Shown here piece after piece: positions 19,630 to 29,252 of a stretch of DNA of 64,000 nt. The notes below the pieces were generated by a model that saw nothing but the letters and a program-made list of their open reading frames with translations, ran no database searches and was not told the DNA's origin. The DNA is taken from NCBI GenBank assembly GCA_965208675.1, contig OZ242351.1, positions 2,752,001 to 2,816,000 on the forward strand, in the 5' to 3' direction. The position numbers and the translations under genes were made by a program. Numbering within the stretch: position 1 is the first letter of the stretch; every line of letters starts with the position of its first letter. This stretch comes from Candidatus Poribacteria bacterium (lineage in GTDB: Bacteria > Poribacteria > WGA-4E > PCPOR2b).

Positions 19630-20439
19630 TTAACTTTTCATCCGATAGATGCGCCATTCCCCGTCTACTTTTCACATGCTAACGACTAGTCCAAAATTGC
19701 TGTATGCATCGGCCATCGGCACGGTCAATCGGAATTGGAATTCATCGCCGACATATTCACTACCCACGATTGTCGTCTGACGGAAAATTCGACGCCATTT
19801 CGCTAGGTTTTCCGGAGATCGAATTGAATCCATTGCTTTGTAAGCCGACTCAACTGCCTCGTCTATTTCAGTTTCGGACATACCATCGTCGATTGAAGTC
19901 AGGTAGTCATTCAGCATTTTTTCCGGCATCACCCCACCGAGAACACTCAAAAGGTTTTCAATAGGTTTCCTGGCATTCTCAGTAGTGAATGGGAGAACCG
20001 TCTCCAAATCGAAATCCCTAAACGCATCCACGAACTTATTCATCACTTGTTCAGCGGGATGCTCTAGATTTGCACCCGAGTCTTCGGAGAAGTGTTCAGC
20101 GCTATCCTGTATTATCTCTGCGTTTAGTGATGATTTCGGTTCATCCAACTCTGGTTGTTCAGCCATGTCTTCGAGTTGGGCGAAAAAGTCCTCAATTTGC
20201 TGCAGCTCTGCGGCAGAGATTCGCAGCGTGTCTTCTGGCAAAGCGCTATCGATTTCGGCATTTCGCGCCGTACGCGTTTGAGCGGCCGAATCTGAAAACT
20301 CCTTTGGCGATGATATTACAATCTCAACCTCTCGATCCGAATCCTCTTCAGCCGAAATGAACCAGAGTGTTATAATCGTGCCGACTAAAATGAGGGCTAC
20401 TGCACCGGCTACGGTTTTGTGAAGCGTTCCAAATTTCAT
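19630..20439 (-). pseudogene. Sigma-less TM-linker-NTF2-like protein with an in-frame TGA at 19672-19674
   Basis: Starts MKFGTLHKTVAGAVAL, homologous to the internal MKVGTVPKITAGAVAI, with its own SD CAGGAG. Ends SM*KVDGEWRIY where copy A has KMRKVDGEWRIY. Confidence 0.8.
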
Positions 20440-20492
20440 AATTTCTCCTGTATAGCGTTTTCGCGTGTGGGTATCGGAAACAGGAACCGTTT

Positions 20493-21230
20493 CTAGCTTT
20501 CTCTAACATTGTGCCGGTCTTTACATTCATCGCGCGGAAAACGCTCCAGCAGCAGGTCAGCGGGTGTGTAATGCCATGCGGCGCAGTAGCGCGTTCGATT
20601 GCTGCGATTATCGTGGCTGCCGTGCAGCAGGTTTGCTGAGAATATCACAACCGAACCTGCCGGCACTTCGACATCAACCGCTTTCGATTCATCGATTTGA
20701 ACCCAACTGCCATACGTGTTGGGGTTTCTGTGATGTTTTGCGATAACTTTCGATTTATGGCTATTGGGAACCACCCGCAAGCAGCCGTTTTCCCGGTCCG
20801 CGTCTTGAAGGTAAATCGCGCAGCTTACAACCCGCCCCGTGTTCGTCCCGAAGTAGAAGTTATCCTGATGCCAGAAGACAGATGTTCCGCCGCCGGGGAG
20901 TTTTGGGAAGAACTTTGTCCCAAACACGTCAATGTCCGGTCCGATTAGCGGCGCAACGCGGTCAAGGATTTCCGGTTCTTTAGCCAGGGCAACGATGCGC
21001 GGCTCAAGAACGCAGACGCCTTGAATTTTGTGCAAAAAGCCCGGAATCTGCTGACCGTTTTTGTCAATTTCGAATGACCAGTGCGGCGTATCGACAGGGA
21101 CATGTGCGCTTCGCTTAACCAATTCATCGAAGACCGCTACATAATGGGCAAGTTTCTCGCGGGAAATAAGCCTTTCAAAAACGACGTACCCTTCTTCATG
21201 AAACCGGATTTCCGCTTTCTCGCTTAACAT
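20493..21230 (-). CDS. Phytanoyl-CoA dioxygenase (PhyH) family protein
   Basis: FHEEGY, WHQD, ENGCLRVVP.SH, LLHGS..N...TR. Confidence 0.92.
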   Translation of the reverse strand: MLSEKAEIRFHEEGYVVFERLISREKLAHYVAVFDELVKRSAHVPVDTPHWSFEIDKNGQQIPGFLHKIQGVCVLEPRIVALAKEPEILDRVAPLIGPDIDVFGTKFFPKLPGGGTSVFWHQDNFYFGTNTGRVVSCAIYLQDADRENGCLRVVPNSHKSKVIAKHHRNPNTYGSWVQIDESKAVDVEVPAGSVVIFSANLLHGSHDNRSNRTRYCAAWHYTPADLLLERFPRDECKDRHNVRES

Positions 21231-21292
21231 CGTAATGACTCATTTCTGCTGCATTTAGACCAAAATCTTATTCCGCCCGCGGCCCCATTCCG

Positions 21293-22090
21293 CTACAATC
21301 CCTTTAGCAATTCCACAAATCGCTTCCAGGCTTTTTCAACCGTTGCCTTTTCGGCATTACTCGCATCATCAGCCATCCCGTGTCTGAGGAATCCGTGGCC
21401 AACGCCGGAATAAATTACCGGTTCATAGCTCACGCCTGCTGCGTCAGCGGCGGCTTTGGTGCGTTCAATTGTGGCATTAACTCGATTATCGTTCTCGCCA
21501 TAAAATCCGTAGACAGGGCATTTAATATCACGGATGGCTTCGCCGCTTGGCGGAGGACCATAGAAGACAAACGCCCCGGCAATTGTGTCGTCGTTCGCCG
21601 CGAACCGAAATGTCTGTCCGCCGCCCCAGCAGAACCCACTCACAGCAACCTTGTCCGTTGTTGAGGGCAGGTCTCGAAGGTATTTCGCTGTCGCTTTCAA
21701 ATCGGCTGTAATTTGACCGGCGTCGAGATTCCGAATGGCTCTGCGAACATCGTCGCCGGACTCGAAACTCTCTGTGCCGCCGCCGTCCATACCTGAAAGC
21801 ATGTCGGGGCAGATGGCTACAAAACCTGCTTCAGCGAGTCTGTCGCCGACGAGCCTTACCCAATCGGTCAGTCCGAAAATCTCGTGGATGACAATCACCG
21901 AAGTCGCCTGCTCTTTAATCTCAGGAAAAACAATAAAGGCATTCACGCTCCGCCCTTTAGTCGACGGGATTTTCACCCATTCGCCGTGCCGCGGCGAATT
22001 TTCAAGCTGCTCCTTCGCACTCGCAGCCGCTGCATCGGATCCGAGTATCAAAGCGAGGCAAATTGTACATATGAAGTTCGGTACTTTCAT
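21293..22090 (-). CDS. Secreted dienelactone hydrolase family protein
   Basis: Signal peptide, HEIFGL, GFCWGG nucleophile, GEND, GHGF. Confidence 0.92.
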   Translation of the reverse strand: MKVPNFICTICLALILGSDAAAASAKEQLENSPRHGEWVKIPSTKGRSVNAFIVFPEIKEQATSVIVIHEIFGLTDWVRLVGDRLAEAGFVAICPDMLSGMDGGGTESFESGDDVRRAIRNLDAGQITADLKATAKYLRDLPSTTDKVAVSGFCWGGGQTFRFAANDDTIAGAFVFYGPPPSGEAIRDIKCPVYGFYGENDNRVNATIERTKAAADAAGVSYEPVIYSGVGHGFLRHGMADDASNAEKATVEKAWKRFVELLKGL

Positions 22091-22275
22091 AATTCTGTTC
22101 TCCCTACTGTGAATGGTTCGATTTACGTGCCGGCAGGCGGTTCAGACCGCGTGCGTTTTCGTTCGATTTTAGGGACTACCCGATTAAAGAATTTTTAGGA
22201 TAGCAGATTCTCCGATGAGGTGATACCCAAAGTGAAGAATTAGCTAGTTTAATACCCGTGCAGGAGGTTTTTCCT

Positions 22276-23949
22276 CTAAAAACGGTAAAACCACGTTGTA
22301 GCGAATTCGATTCCGCGTCCGGATTCAAGGGGTTTGAAAAAGTTCATTCTGGAAATAGGGCTGTCCTCCGAGAACTGTAAACCGATACCGACATCTGTCT
22401 TTGGATCAAAGCGGTACGGTTTATCAGATATACTCCAAACTTGCCCTTCATTAAGGGACAACACGATGAACCACTCATTCAGAAACCCCCAATGGTACAG
22501 ATTTGAGAGACGGTATAAATATTCTATATTGAGCAGGGCGCCGTGATCTCCTGAAAATGCGTAGAGTGGATATCCGTTCAAGAGACCAGGCCCCCCAATA
22601 AAGAATTGGCGTTGAATCGGCAGTTCATCCGTAGCAAAGCCCAACATCAGCCGCGTTTGGACAATGTTATTTCCTTTCCCTACTGCATATCGCAGGTGCA
22701 ACTGAAACCGCGTAAAATCAAAATCGGAATCAACGGCAGGACTGCTGTGCTCGACGAGAAGGGTATTGTGCCAACCGAGGTTTTTGTTTTTCCTAGTGTT
22801 CAGGTCGTACGTAAATTCGACACTCCGCAGCCGCCCGGGGTCTATCCGTGGATTTTCTCTCGCTTTTGGAACTGAATCCCAATTGTAAAGATGCCAATCC
22901 GTAGATTTACGCAGGCTTTCGTGTGATTCGGCGCGCATCGTGAATTTGAGCGAATGCGTGAACTCCCGCGGTTCCCATCGAATCGACATCTCAACCCCTT
23001 CTCTTAAATAGTAGTTATGTAGCTGAGTCAGCCCCAGAACGCTACACCAGACGTACCATCCATCCTCGTAGGACGGGAAAAGATCCGGAGAGACGACAGC
23101 GGTGGTGCGATGGATTTGAGCCGTGACGCCCAAATTCCAGATGTTGGGTTGCCCCTGGATAGCTTCTCCACCCACTCTGTAATTGAGATACTTATTTCCA
23201 AATCCGTAGCCAATCTCTCCAAATAATTTTGGCAGATGCGCTCTAGCCGAGCTAGGGATGTCCCACATCCAGAGCGGTCCCATCTGCCACCGTTTTCCCA
23301 GTTCGAGGCGAGTAGCCAGCAACCATCCGGTGACACGATTAAACCGAATGAGCGGAACTGGACCGAGATAATAGTTTGAAGAGAGCGCTTTTTCGGCGAC
23401 GGTAATTATCGCAACGAGCTTTGTGCCGTCATTCGTATACTCTAAGGTGACCCGACTAAAATAGGGTAAGAAATCCTTTAAGGTGTCAACTGCTTTGTTG
23501 AGGTCTTCAGGTCCGTATTCAAGGCCGCCTCGAATCTCCGCCTCGGAAACTTTCTGATTTCCTCGAATCCGAATTTCATGAATTGGGTGTCCCGCGGCAG
23601 TCCGAAACCGCGTCGTTGGTGGAGTTGGCGAACTCTGCCTATCCGGCTGCGTTACAACGATAATTGTTGCTACACGCCTCGAACCGTCATGCTTAATTTC
23701 CAAGATGGCCCTATTCAAATCGGGCAAAGGCAAGGTTGTAATCGCTTTTGTGATATCCTCAGGTGCGTTTTCAAGGGCGCTTCGAATTTGTGCTTCGCTG
23801 ATTTGCTGATTTCCTTGAATCCGGACTTCATGAATCGGTTCGCCTTCGGCAGTCCGAAACCGCGTGGAATCGTTTTGCGGATGTGCGCTCGCCGCAACAC
23901 CAATCTCTACCGTCAAAAATGAAATGACGAGGAGCATTACGCGGTTCAT
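22276..23949 (-). CDS. Omp85/BamA-TamA-like outer membrane protein with two POTRA-like repeats
   Basis: Signal peptide. Duplicated TRFRTA.G.PIHE.RI.GNQ..SEA.IR. FFIGGPGLLNGY (variant of the L6 RGY motif), DVGIGLQF, C-terminal F. Confidence 0.75.
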   Translation of the reverse strand: MNRVMLLVISFLTVEIGVAASAHPQNDSTRFRTAEGEPIHEVRIQGNQQISEAQIRSALENAPEDITKAITTLPLPDLNRAILEIKHDGSRRVATIIVVTQPDRQSSPTPPTTRFRTAAGHPIHEIRIRGNQKVSEAEIRGGLEYGPEDLNKAVDTLKDFLPYFSRVTLEYTNDGTKLVAIITVAEKALSSNYYLGPVPLIRFNRVTGWLLATRLELGKRWQMGPLWMWDIPSSARAHLPKLFGEIGYGFGNKYLNYRVGGEAIQGQPNIWNLGVTAQIHRTTAVVSPDLFPSYEDGWYVWCSVLGLTQLHNYYLREGVEMSIRWEPREFTHSLKFTMRAESHESLRKSTDWHLYNWDSVPKARENPRIDPGRLRSVEFTYDLNTRKNKNLGWHNTLLVEHSSPAVDSDFDFTRFQLHLRYAVGKGNNIVQTRLMLGFATDELPIQRQFFIGGPGLLNGYPLYAFSGDHGALLNIEYLYRLSNLYHWGFLNEWFIVLSLNEGQVWSISDKPYRFDPKTDVGIGLQFSEDSPISRMNFFKPLESGRGIEFATTWFYRF

Positions 23950-24060
23950 CTGGCACCTCCTTTAGGTACAATCCGTATGCTTCCCGTTGTGAAATCGGAA
24001 CTTCGGCCATATTCAACTACAAAATCCAGATAAATTTCTTGCCACTTTTATCGGGTGATA

Positions 24061-24159
24061 AACAGTCTGAATCAGGATTTACTGGATCAAAGGATTCTCA
24101 GAATAGCAGATTTTTAGCGGTATGAAAAGAAAAAAGGCGAATGGATTGAACCATTCGCC
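24061..24159. repeat. Junction repeat R7
   Basis: aacagtctgaatcaggatttactggatcaaaggattctca...aaaaaggcgaatggattgaaccattcgcc. Confidence 0.9.
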
Positions 24160-24194
24160 TTGTGTAGTTTTTGGACTAGGAATTCAGGTTAGTG

Positions 24195-24310
24195 ATGGTA
24201 CACCTCATCTTCAATTTCATGAATGTGCCATGTTCCACCGACGCTGGCACACCAAACGTTCTCCAGCGGAAGTGCAATTCATCGCCGACATGCACACTGC
24301 TCAAAATCCC
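24195..24310 (-). pseudogene. Remnant 3' end of another NTF2-like domain
   Basis: Translates LSSVHVGDELHFR and, in another frame, GGTWHIHE, matching SSEYVGDEFHFR and G.W.IYE. Lies just upstream of the R7 terminator like intact units. Confidence 0.7.
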
Positions 24311-24658
24311 GACCCAATAAGGCTCTGTAGATATTTCACCTAACTAGACGACCGAATTAACGAAACCGAGAAACCCAAGATGGCATTCGGCAAGGCACTC
24401 AGACCAAGAAAAGATTCGCCGATAGTGCTTGGTTATGTTTTTAAACTATCCATTAGAGTCTTTCATGACAAAGACAGGCATTATAGCATTTAAGTGACGG
24501 CTTTTGGCACGCGGGAAACAACCGGCATTGCACCCCAGTAGGTTAAACTATACGAATGAATCATGTTCATTGGTGAAACCCTGAACTAACGACCCAACAC
24601 AGATGATTCGTGGCGCTGTCCCGCGCTTAGCGTGTAGCGTAATGGATTGCTCAAACCA

Positions 24659-25042
24659 TCAGCCGTGATACGGTATTGTGAGATTCTGATTCAGTTGTTT
24701 TCGATTGTTCTCTGATTTCCAAGAGGGAGAAGGTGCCGACAAAGAATTAAAATTATTAGTTGCTGAATTCCTCTCGCTAACCTCAGCTTTGTACGATTTT
24801 ATTAGATTGACTGTTGCCCACACAAACAACGCGATCGCAACCACCACAAACACAAACATAACCGGTCTTAGTTTTTCACTCCATGGTGTCCGTTTTCCCC
24901 AAGCCGCCGCTGCCGCGGAAAAGAGAAGCAACCCCGTCATGAATAACGTCTCTGTAGTAACACCCGTAACCGTGATTTGAATTAGTATAATAATCAATCC
25001 TATTACGAGGGTAACCAAGGCAATTCGTTTTTTGCGATTCAT
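24659..25042 (-). CDS. Small membrane protein with three predicted TM helices
   Basis: MNRKKR followed by three hydrophobic stretches. Weak SD GGAAGG. Confidence 0.55.
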   Translation of the reverse strand: MNRKKRIALVTLVIGLIIILIQITVTGVTTETLFMTGLLLFSAAAAAWGKRTPWSEKLRPVMFVFVVVAIALFVWATVNLIKSYKAEVSERNSATNNFNSLSAPSPSWKSENNRKQLNQNLTIPYHG

Positions 25043-25762
25043 AAAAACCCTTCCATAAATGAGCATATAGTCATGGCACAATTATAACGGCAGTTTCCAT
25101 TGTTATGCCGTTTAGCAATCGGTGTTTTTTCTTAGCCTCTCGAATTTGCTGTGAGATGGAACATTCCTCCACTCGTTGAAACACCTCATAATGATCATGT
25201 TTAACGAACTCGTAACCTTTTTGCAAGTCACGCTGCAGACGCACGCGCATTCATCATTCGAATACAAGATGTCCTCGTTCTTCAAACATATCGGCGAGGT
25301 GAATCCCTATAGAAACTGAAAATTTGCCATCTTCAGTTGTGTGTATAGCCATGAATTTATCAATGTCGCTACCTTCAACTGACGCAAGAGTGCCTAATCA
25401 TAGGGCAATCCGGAGATTCTCCTTATGTATCTCAAGGGCATTTAGGTGAGTTTTACGTGTTTGCCTGAAAGATTCACAAGCATGATCGATTCTCCTTATC
25501 AAGTGTACGTGATGCTGCTAGACATTGGTTTCTTTTACAGAAAGCTGTGTCACTATGGCATTCGGCGAGTCAAACTGAGCAAAGAACCAGTTTGTCACAT
25601 CTTCGACCGTTTTACACAAGCGTAACAATTCCGCCTCAGTGTCGTAACAATACACGGATTTTTACGGACGTAATCTGTGGTGTAAGCAACGGAACTGGAG
25701 CAAGGTGTTCCTTGATGAGAACTCATGGGGCGGGTTGCGAGTTATTGTGAAACTTCTCTCTA

Positions 25763-27196
25763 CTATTCATAAATCTGCCATGTACCGTTCTCTTTTCGCA
25801 TCTTATGAAGAAAGTCGGGCATTTCCGGCATCTCAGGCATCTGAAATGTCTCGGGAATCTCTGAAATGTCCTGCCCAAACCTTCCTAGCATCTCTGACAT
25901 TTCCGGCAACTGGCTCCTTAATCGAAAGTGGAATTCCTCGCCGACAAACTCACTGCTCACAATCTCTGCTTGACTAAACATCTGTTTAAGGATTGGTTGC
26001 ATCATTCCTTGTATCATCTGAAGTGTCTCATCTGCCTCGTCTTCTGGCAAACCACTATCATAAAAAATTTCCTCAATCTCTTGTGGTAACCCTCCTAAAG
26101 GCAAACTACTTTCAAACTCTTCTTTGGCTGCACCTGTCAGAAATGAGAGCATCGCGCCAGCGTCAAAATTCCGGAACGCCTTCAGATAAGCGTTCATTAC
26201 ATCTTCAGCGGATTGAGTGGTGTCTTCTGGCGTCGCCCATGAGTCGGTGGCATCGCCCGCATCGGCGTTCTTATCTAAGGCTTCGTCCGTTACTTGTTGC
26301 GACGTATCCGTCGCCGAATGCGAGTCTGCCTCGTCAAGTTGAGCGAAGAAGTCCTCAATCTGCTGCATCTCTTCTGCGGAGATTCGCGGTTTATCTTCAC
26401 GCGGGGGTGCGGTGACTGCATTACTTCGTATGGCATCCGTTTGGATGGCCGGTTGCGCGGACTCTGTTGAAGTCACAATCTCAACCGACGAGGACGTATC
26501 CTCTTCTGACGAAATGAACTGGCGCGTCCCGATGTAGGCTAGTATGACGACGGCTACTACCCCCGCGGTGATTTTGGGTATTGTTCCAACTTTCATGACC
26601 GTTAATCCTCCTGAATAGATTTTTTTGAGTGTCGACGCGGGAATAGCGAACACCCCAGTGAGCAGATGACCCAACCGCTTGGAGAGTTTCTGTTTGGCAC
26701 GCGAAAGCCGTACCGAAACCGCTTTGTACGACAACCCATGCGTCCTCGTCAACTCGTCGTAGCTTGCGCCTTCAATATAGTACGACCGGGCAATCTCCCG
26801 CTCACCTGGCGAAAGCGTCTCTATCGCACGGCGAATGAGTTCGCTCTGTTCACGGTGTATCAACTCGTCGTCCGGTGCATCCGAGGGCGATAGTGTGTGC
26901 TCCCCCACCTCATTGATGGACACGGTATCAATCCGCTGTTCTCGCTGCCAGTTGAGCGCACGATTTCGCGCAATTTTTGCCAGCCAGTTTTTAAACTTTT
27001 TCGCATCCTCGAGGTCTGGCAGGCCGCGATAAGCGTTGAGAAAAGAATCTTGCACGACCTCTTCGGCGTCTTGGGGATTTTTCACGATTCCGATAACAAT
27101 CGCATAGACATAACCATAATGCACCCGCAATAGATCGACGAATGCACCTTCGTCCCCGGATTGTGCGCGAGCAATTGTGTCCTCGTTAATAATCAC
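25763..27196 (-). CDS. ECF sigma-TM-NTF2-like fusion (family 1, copy E)
   Basis: Same domain motifs as copies A-D. GTG start with GAGAGGA. Confidence 0.9.
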   Translation of the reverse strand: MIINEDTIARAQSGDEGAFVDLLRVHYGYVYAIVIGIVKNPQDAEEVVQDSFLNAYRGLPDLEDAKKFKNWLAKIARNRALNWQREQRIDTVSINEVGEHTLSPSDAPDDELIHREQSELIRRAIETLSPGEREIARSYYIEGASYDELTRTHGLSYKAVSVRLSRAKQKLSKRLGHLLTGVFAIPASTLKKIYSGGLTVMKVGTIPKITAGVVAVVILAYIGTRQFISSEEDTSSSVEIVTSTESAQPAIQTDAIRSNAVTAPPREDKPRISAEEMQQIEDFFAQLDEADSHSATDTSQQVTDEALDKNADAGDATDSWATPEDTTQSAEDVMNAYLKAFRNFDAGAMLSFLTGAAKEEFESSLPLGGLPQEIEEIFYDSGLPEDEADETLQMIQGMMQPILKQMFSQAEIVSSEFVGEEFHFRLRSQLPEMSEMLGRFGQDISEIPETFQMPEMPEMPDFLHKMRKENGTWQIYE

Positions 27197-27225
27197 TGTG
27201 AGTTGTTCCTCTCTTTAACCTAATA

Positions 27226-27251
27226 AAGACACGGTTTTACGACTTTTTCTA
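27226..27251 (-). promoter_or_regulatory. Putative ECF promoter of copy E (TAGAAAAA...TGTCTT)
   Basis: Same 26-nt motif. No junction repeat upstream, so this marks the array edge. Confidence 0.55.
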
Positions 27252-27444
27252 CTTCTTTTTTGCTTTCGTTCTCCTGTTGTTGCTATTTCCTTTCAAAACT
27301 GGGGGACGAACCATGCTGCGATTAGTGATTGCGGAACCAACTGACGCCGTGCTAAAATTGAAATTTGATTCCCTAATTCTTTCGCCGCTAGATGCCACCA
27401 TCGCGCATCATCCGACATAATACTCCGCTTGTCAGTTTGACACT

Positions 27445-28491
27445 ATGAACATTCGGCATAGCGTCACAAACCTTCAGCTTGTCCATCCATTCAAAATCTC
27501 AAGGCGGGATGCCGATCAATATCGACAGGTTATCTACGTCGAGATTGATGGCGGTATTGGCGAAGCTGCGCCGGCTCGGTTCTACGGCGAAACTGTCGCG
27601 ACGGTTCAGGGTGCTCTAGAAATTTTCGATTCGAATCTAGATGAGAATCTAGATGAGAATCTAGATGCCATTCAAGCCGTGATGGATAGGTTGGAATGTA
27701 CGCTACCAGGGAATTACGCGGCGAAGTGCGCAGTTGATATGGCGTTGCATGATCGGCTCGGCAAGCGGTTAGGCGTGCCGCTTTACCGGTTGTGGGGACT
27801 CAATCCCAATAAAACCCCGCGCACCGCATTCACAATTGGGTTGGACGAACCGGAGATTATGGGTCGTAAAGCGCGCGAGGCGCGAGATTACCCAATCCTA
27901 AAGGTTAAACTCGGCACGCCTCACGACCTCCAGATAATCCGCGCAATCCGCCGTACAACGGATAAACCGATTTATGTCGATGCAAACACATCGTGGACGC
28001 CCAAAGAGGCGGTACGTAAAATCGAAGACCTAGTCCCTTACAGGATTGAACTCATCGAGCAGCCAACGAGCGCTGACGATTTGGAGGGGCTAAGATATAT
28101 CAAAGAACACGTGGATGTCCCCATTATCGCCGATGAAAGTGTCAAACGCGCCGTGGATATCCCCCCGCTTCTGGGTTGTGTTGACGGAATAAACATTAAG
28201 TTGACCAAATGCGGCGGCCTCCTCGAAGCCGTGCGGATGATTCACGCCGCGCGCACCCACGGTCTACAGGTCATGATCGGCTGCATGATAGAAAGTTCGC
28301 TTGGCATCACGGCGGCTGCCCACCTCACGCCGTTTGTGGATTACGCCGATCTTGATGGGCATCTTCTCATTGTTAACGATCCGCATGTCGGCGTTACGCT
28401 TGAGGCGGGGAAAATCATCCTCCCCGATCGGCCCGGGATTGGCGTTGTCCCCCGTGAATGCCGCCGCACGCCGCCATCAGATACGCTTTGA
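27445..28491 (+). CDS. L-Ala-D/L-Glu dipeptide epimerase (enolase superfamily)
   Basis: KVK, DAN, EQP, ADE, NIKLTKCGG, GCMIES, DLDG motifs. Confidence 0.9.
   Translation: MNIRHSVTNLQLVHPFKISRRDADQYRQVIYVEIDGGIGEAAPARFYGETVATVQGALEIFDSNLDENLDENLDAIQAVMDRLECTLPGNYAAKCAVDMALHDRLGKRLGVPLYRLWGLNPNKTPRTAFTIGLDEPEIMGRKAREARDYPILKVKLGTPHDLQIIRAIRRTTDKPIYVDANTSWTPKEAVRKIEDLVPYRIELIEQPTSADDLEGLRYIKEHVDVPIIADESVKRAVDIPPLLGCVDGINIKLTKCGGLLEAVRMIHAARTHGLQVMIGCMIESSLGITAAAHLTPFVDYADLDGHLLIVNDPHVGVTLEAGKIILPDRPGIGVVPRECRRTPPSDTL
27633..27667 (+). repeat. 12-bp in-frame tandem repeat, about three copies (NLDE)
   Basis: gaatctagatga gaatctagatga gaatctagatg. Confidence 0.9.
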
Positions 28492-28520
28492 AGCCGTGCG
28501 AGATGGTTCGGCATCGCAAT

Positions 28521-29252
28521 TCAATCGAGTTCAACCGGCACGCCGTCCAGCAAACCATTTTCGTGCATATCCACCCATTCGTCCATGAAGATTTTGTTCC
28601 ATTGGTCGGTCAGCGGGTGCTCCAGCATATCACGATACACCGTCCACATGGTGACCAGCTCGTCGGCGCCGTCACGGAATGCCGCGTGCGCCGTCTCTAC
28701 TGAACGCACGAGCGCCGCCATTATAAATGGCCGCTCCTCCCATCCGCTGAACATCTGTACACACTCACGTATCAGTTGTGTCGGATTGCCGCCCACGGAT
28801 TTGACCGGATCGCAGAACGGCAAGACGTGGTCGACACCAGCCTGCGCGACAGCGGCGGCTTGGGTCAAGGAGAAGACAGTCGTACAAAACGTCTCAATCC
28901 CGTCCTTCTTGAGCGCGCTGAACGCCTTAAGCCCGTTTGCCGAGCATGGGATTTTCAGGATAATCTGACCCGACAGGTCGGTAAAAACCTTCCCAACCGA
29001 GAGCAGTTCCTCGACCGTATGACCATCGATTTCCACAACTACGGGTTTGTCCGTGATGTTGAGATATTCCTTAATCAGTGCAATTACCGAACCGTACGGC
29101 TTGGCGTACTGGTTCAGCACTACGGTGTTGGTCACAATTCCAGCTATTCCCAGCGGCATCCACGGTGCTAAATCGTCGGGGGTACCGGCGAGCCAAATGG
29201 TGGGGCCGCGGCCTTCAGAACGCGCTTTCGGCACAGGTCCGTTTGAAGTCAT
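28521..29252 (-). CDS. Divergent transaldolase/fructose-6-phosphate aldolase family protein
   Basis: GIVTNT, ILKIP (Schiff-base Lys), TTVFSLTQA..VAQAG, HPLTD. Confidence 0.8.
   Translation of the reverse strand: MTSNGPVPKARSEGRGPTIWLAGTPDDLAPWMPLGIAGIVTNTVVLNQYAKPYGSVIALIKEYLNITDKPVVVEIDGHTVEELLSVGKVFTDLSGQIILKIPCSANGLKAFSALKKDGIETFCTTVFSLTQAAAVAQAGVDHVLPFCDPVKSVGGNPTQLIRECVQMFSGWEERPFIMAALVRSVETAHAAFRDGADELVTMWTVYRDMLEHPLTDQWNKIFMDEWVDMHENGLLDGVPVELD

Noticed and set aside
4791-24159. Junction repeats as a CRISPR array
   Set aside because: The repeats are ~99 bp and separated by whole genes, and there are no cas genes in the window.
4791-24159. Junction repeats as integron attC sites
   Set aside because: No integrase in the window, no whole-element palindrome with RYYYAAC/GTTRRRY ends, and the cassettes carry their own promoters.
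25080-25760. Possible gene remnants in the gap before copy E
   Set aside because: The frames are interrupted and I found no motif to support a call.
3226-27196. Diversity-generating retroelement behind the variable domains
   Set aside because: No reverse transcriptase and no template/variable repeat pair. The variation involves large indels rather than adenine-specific substitutions.
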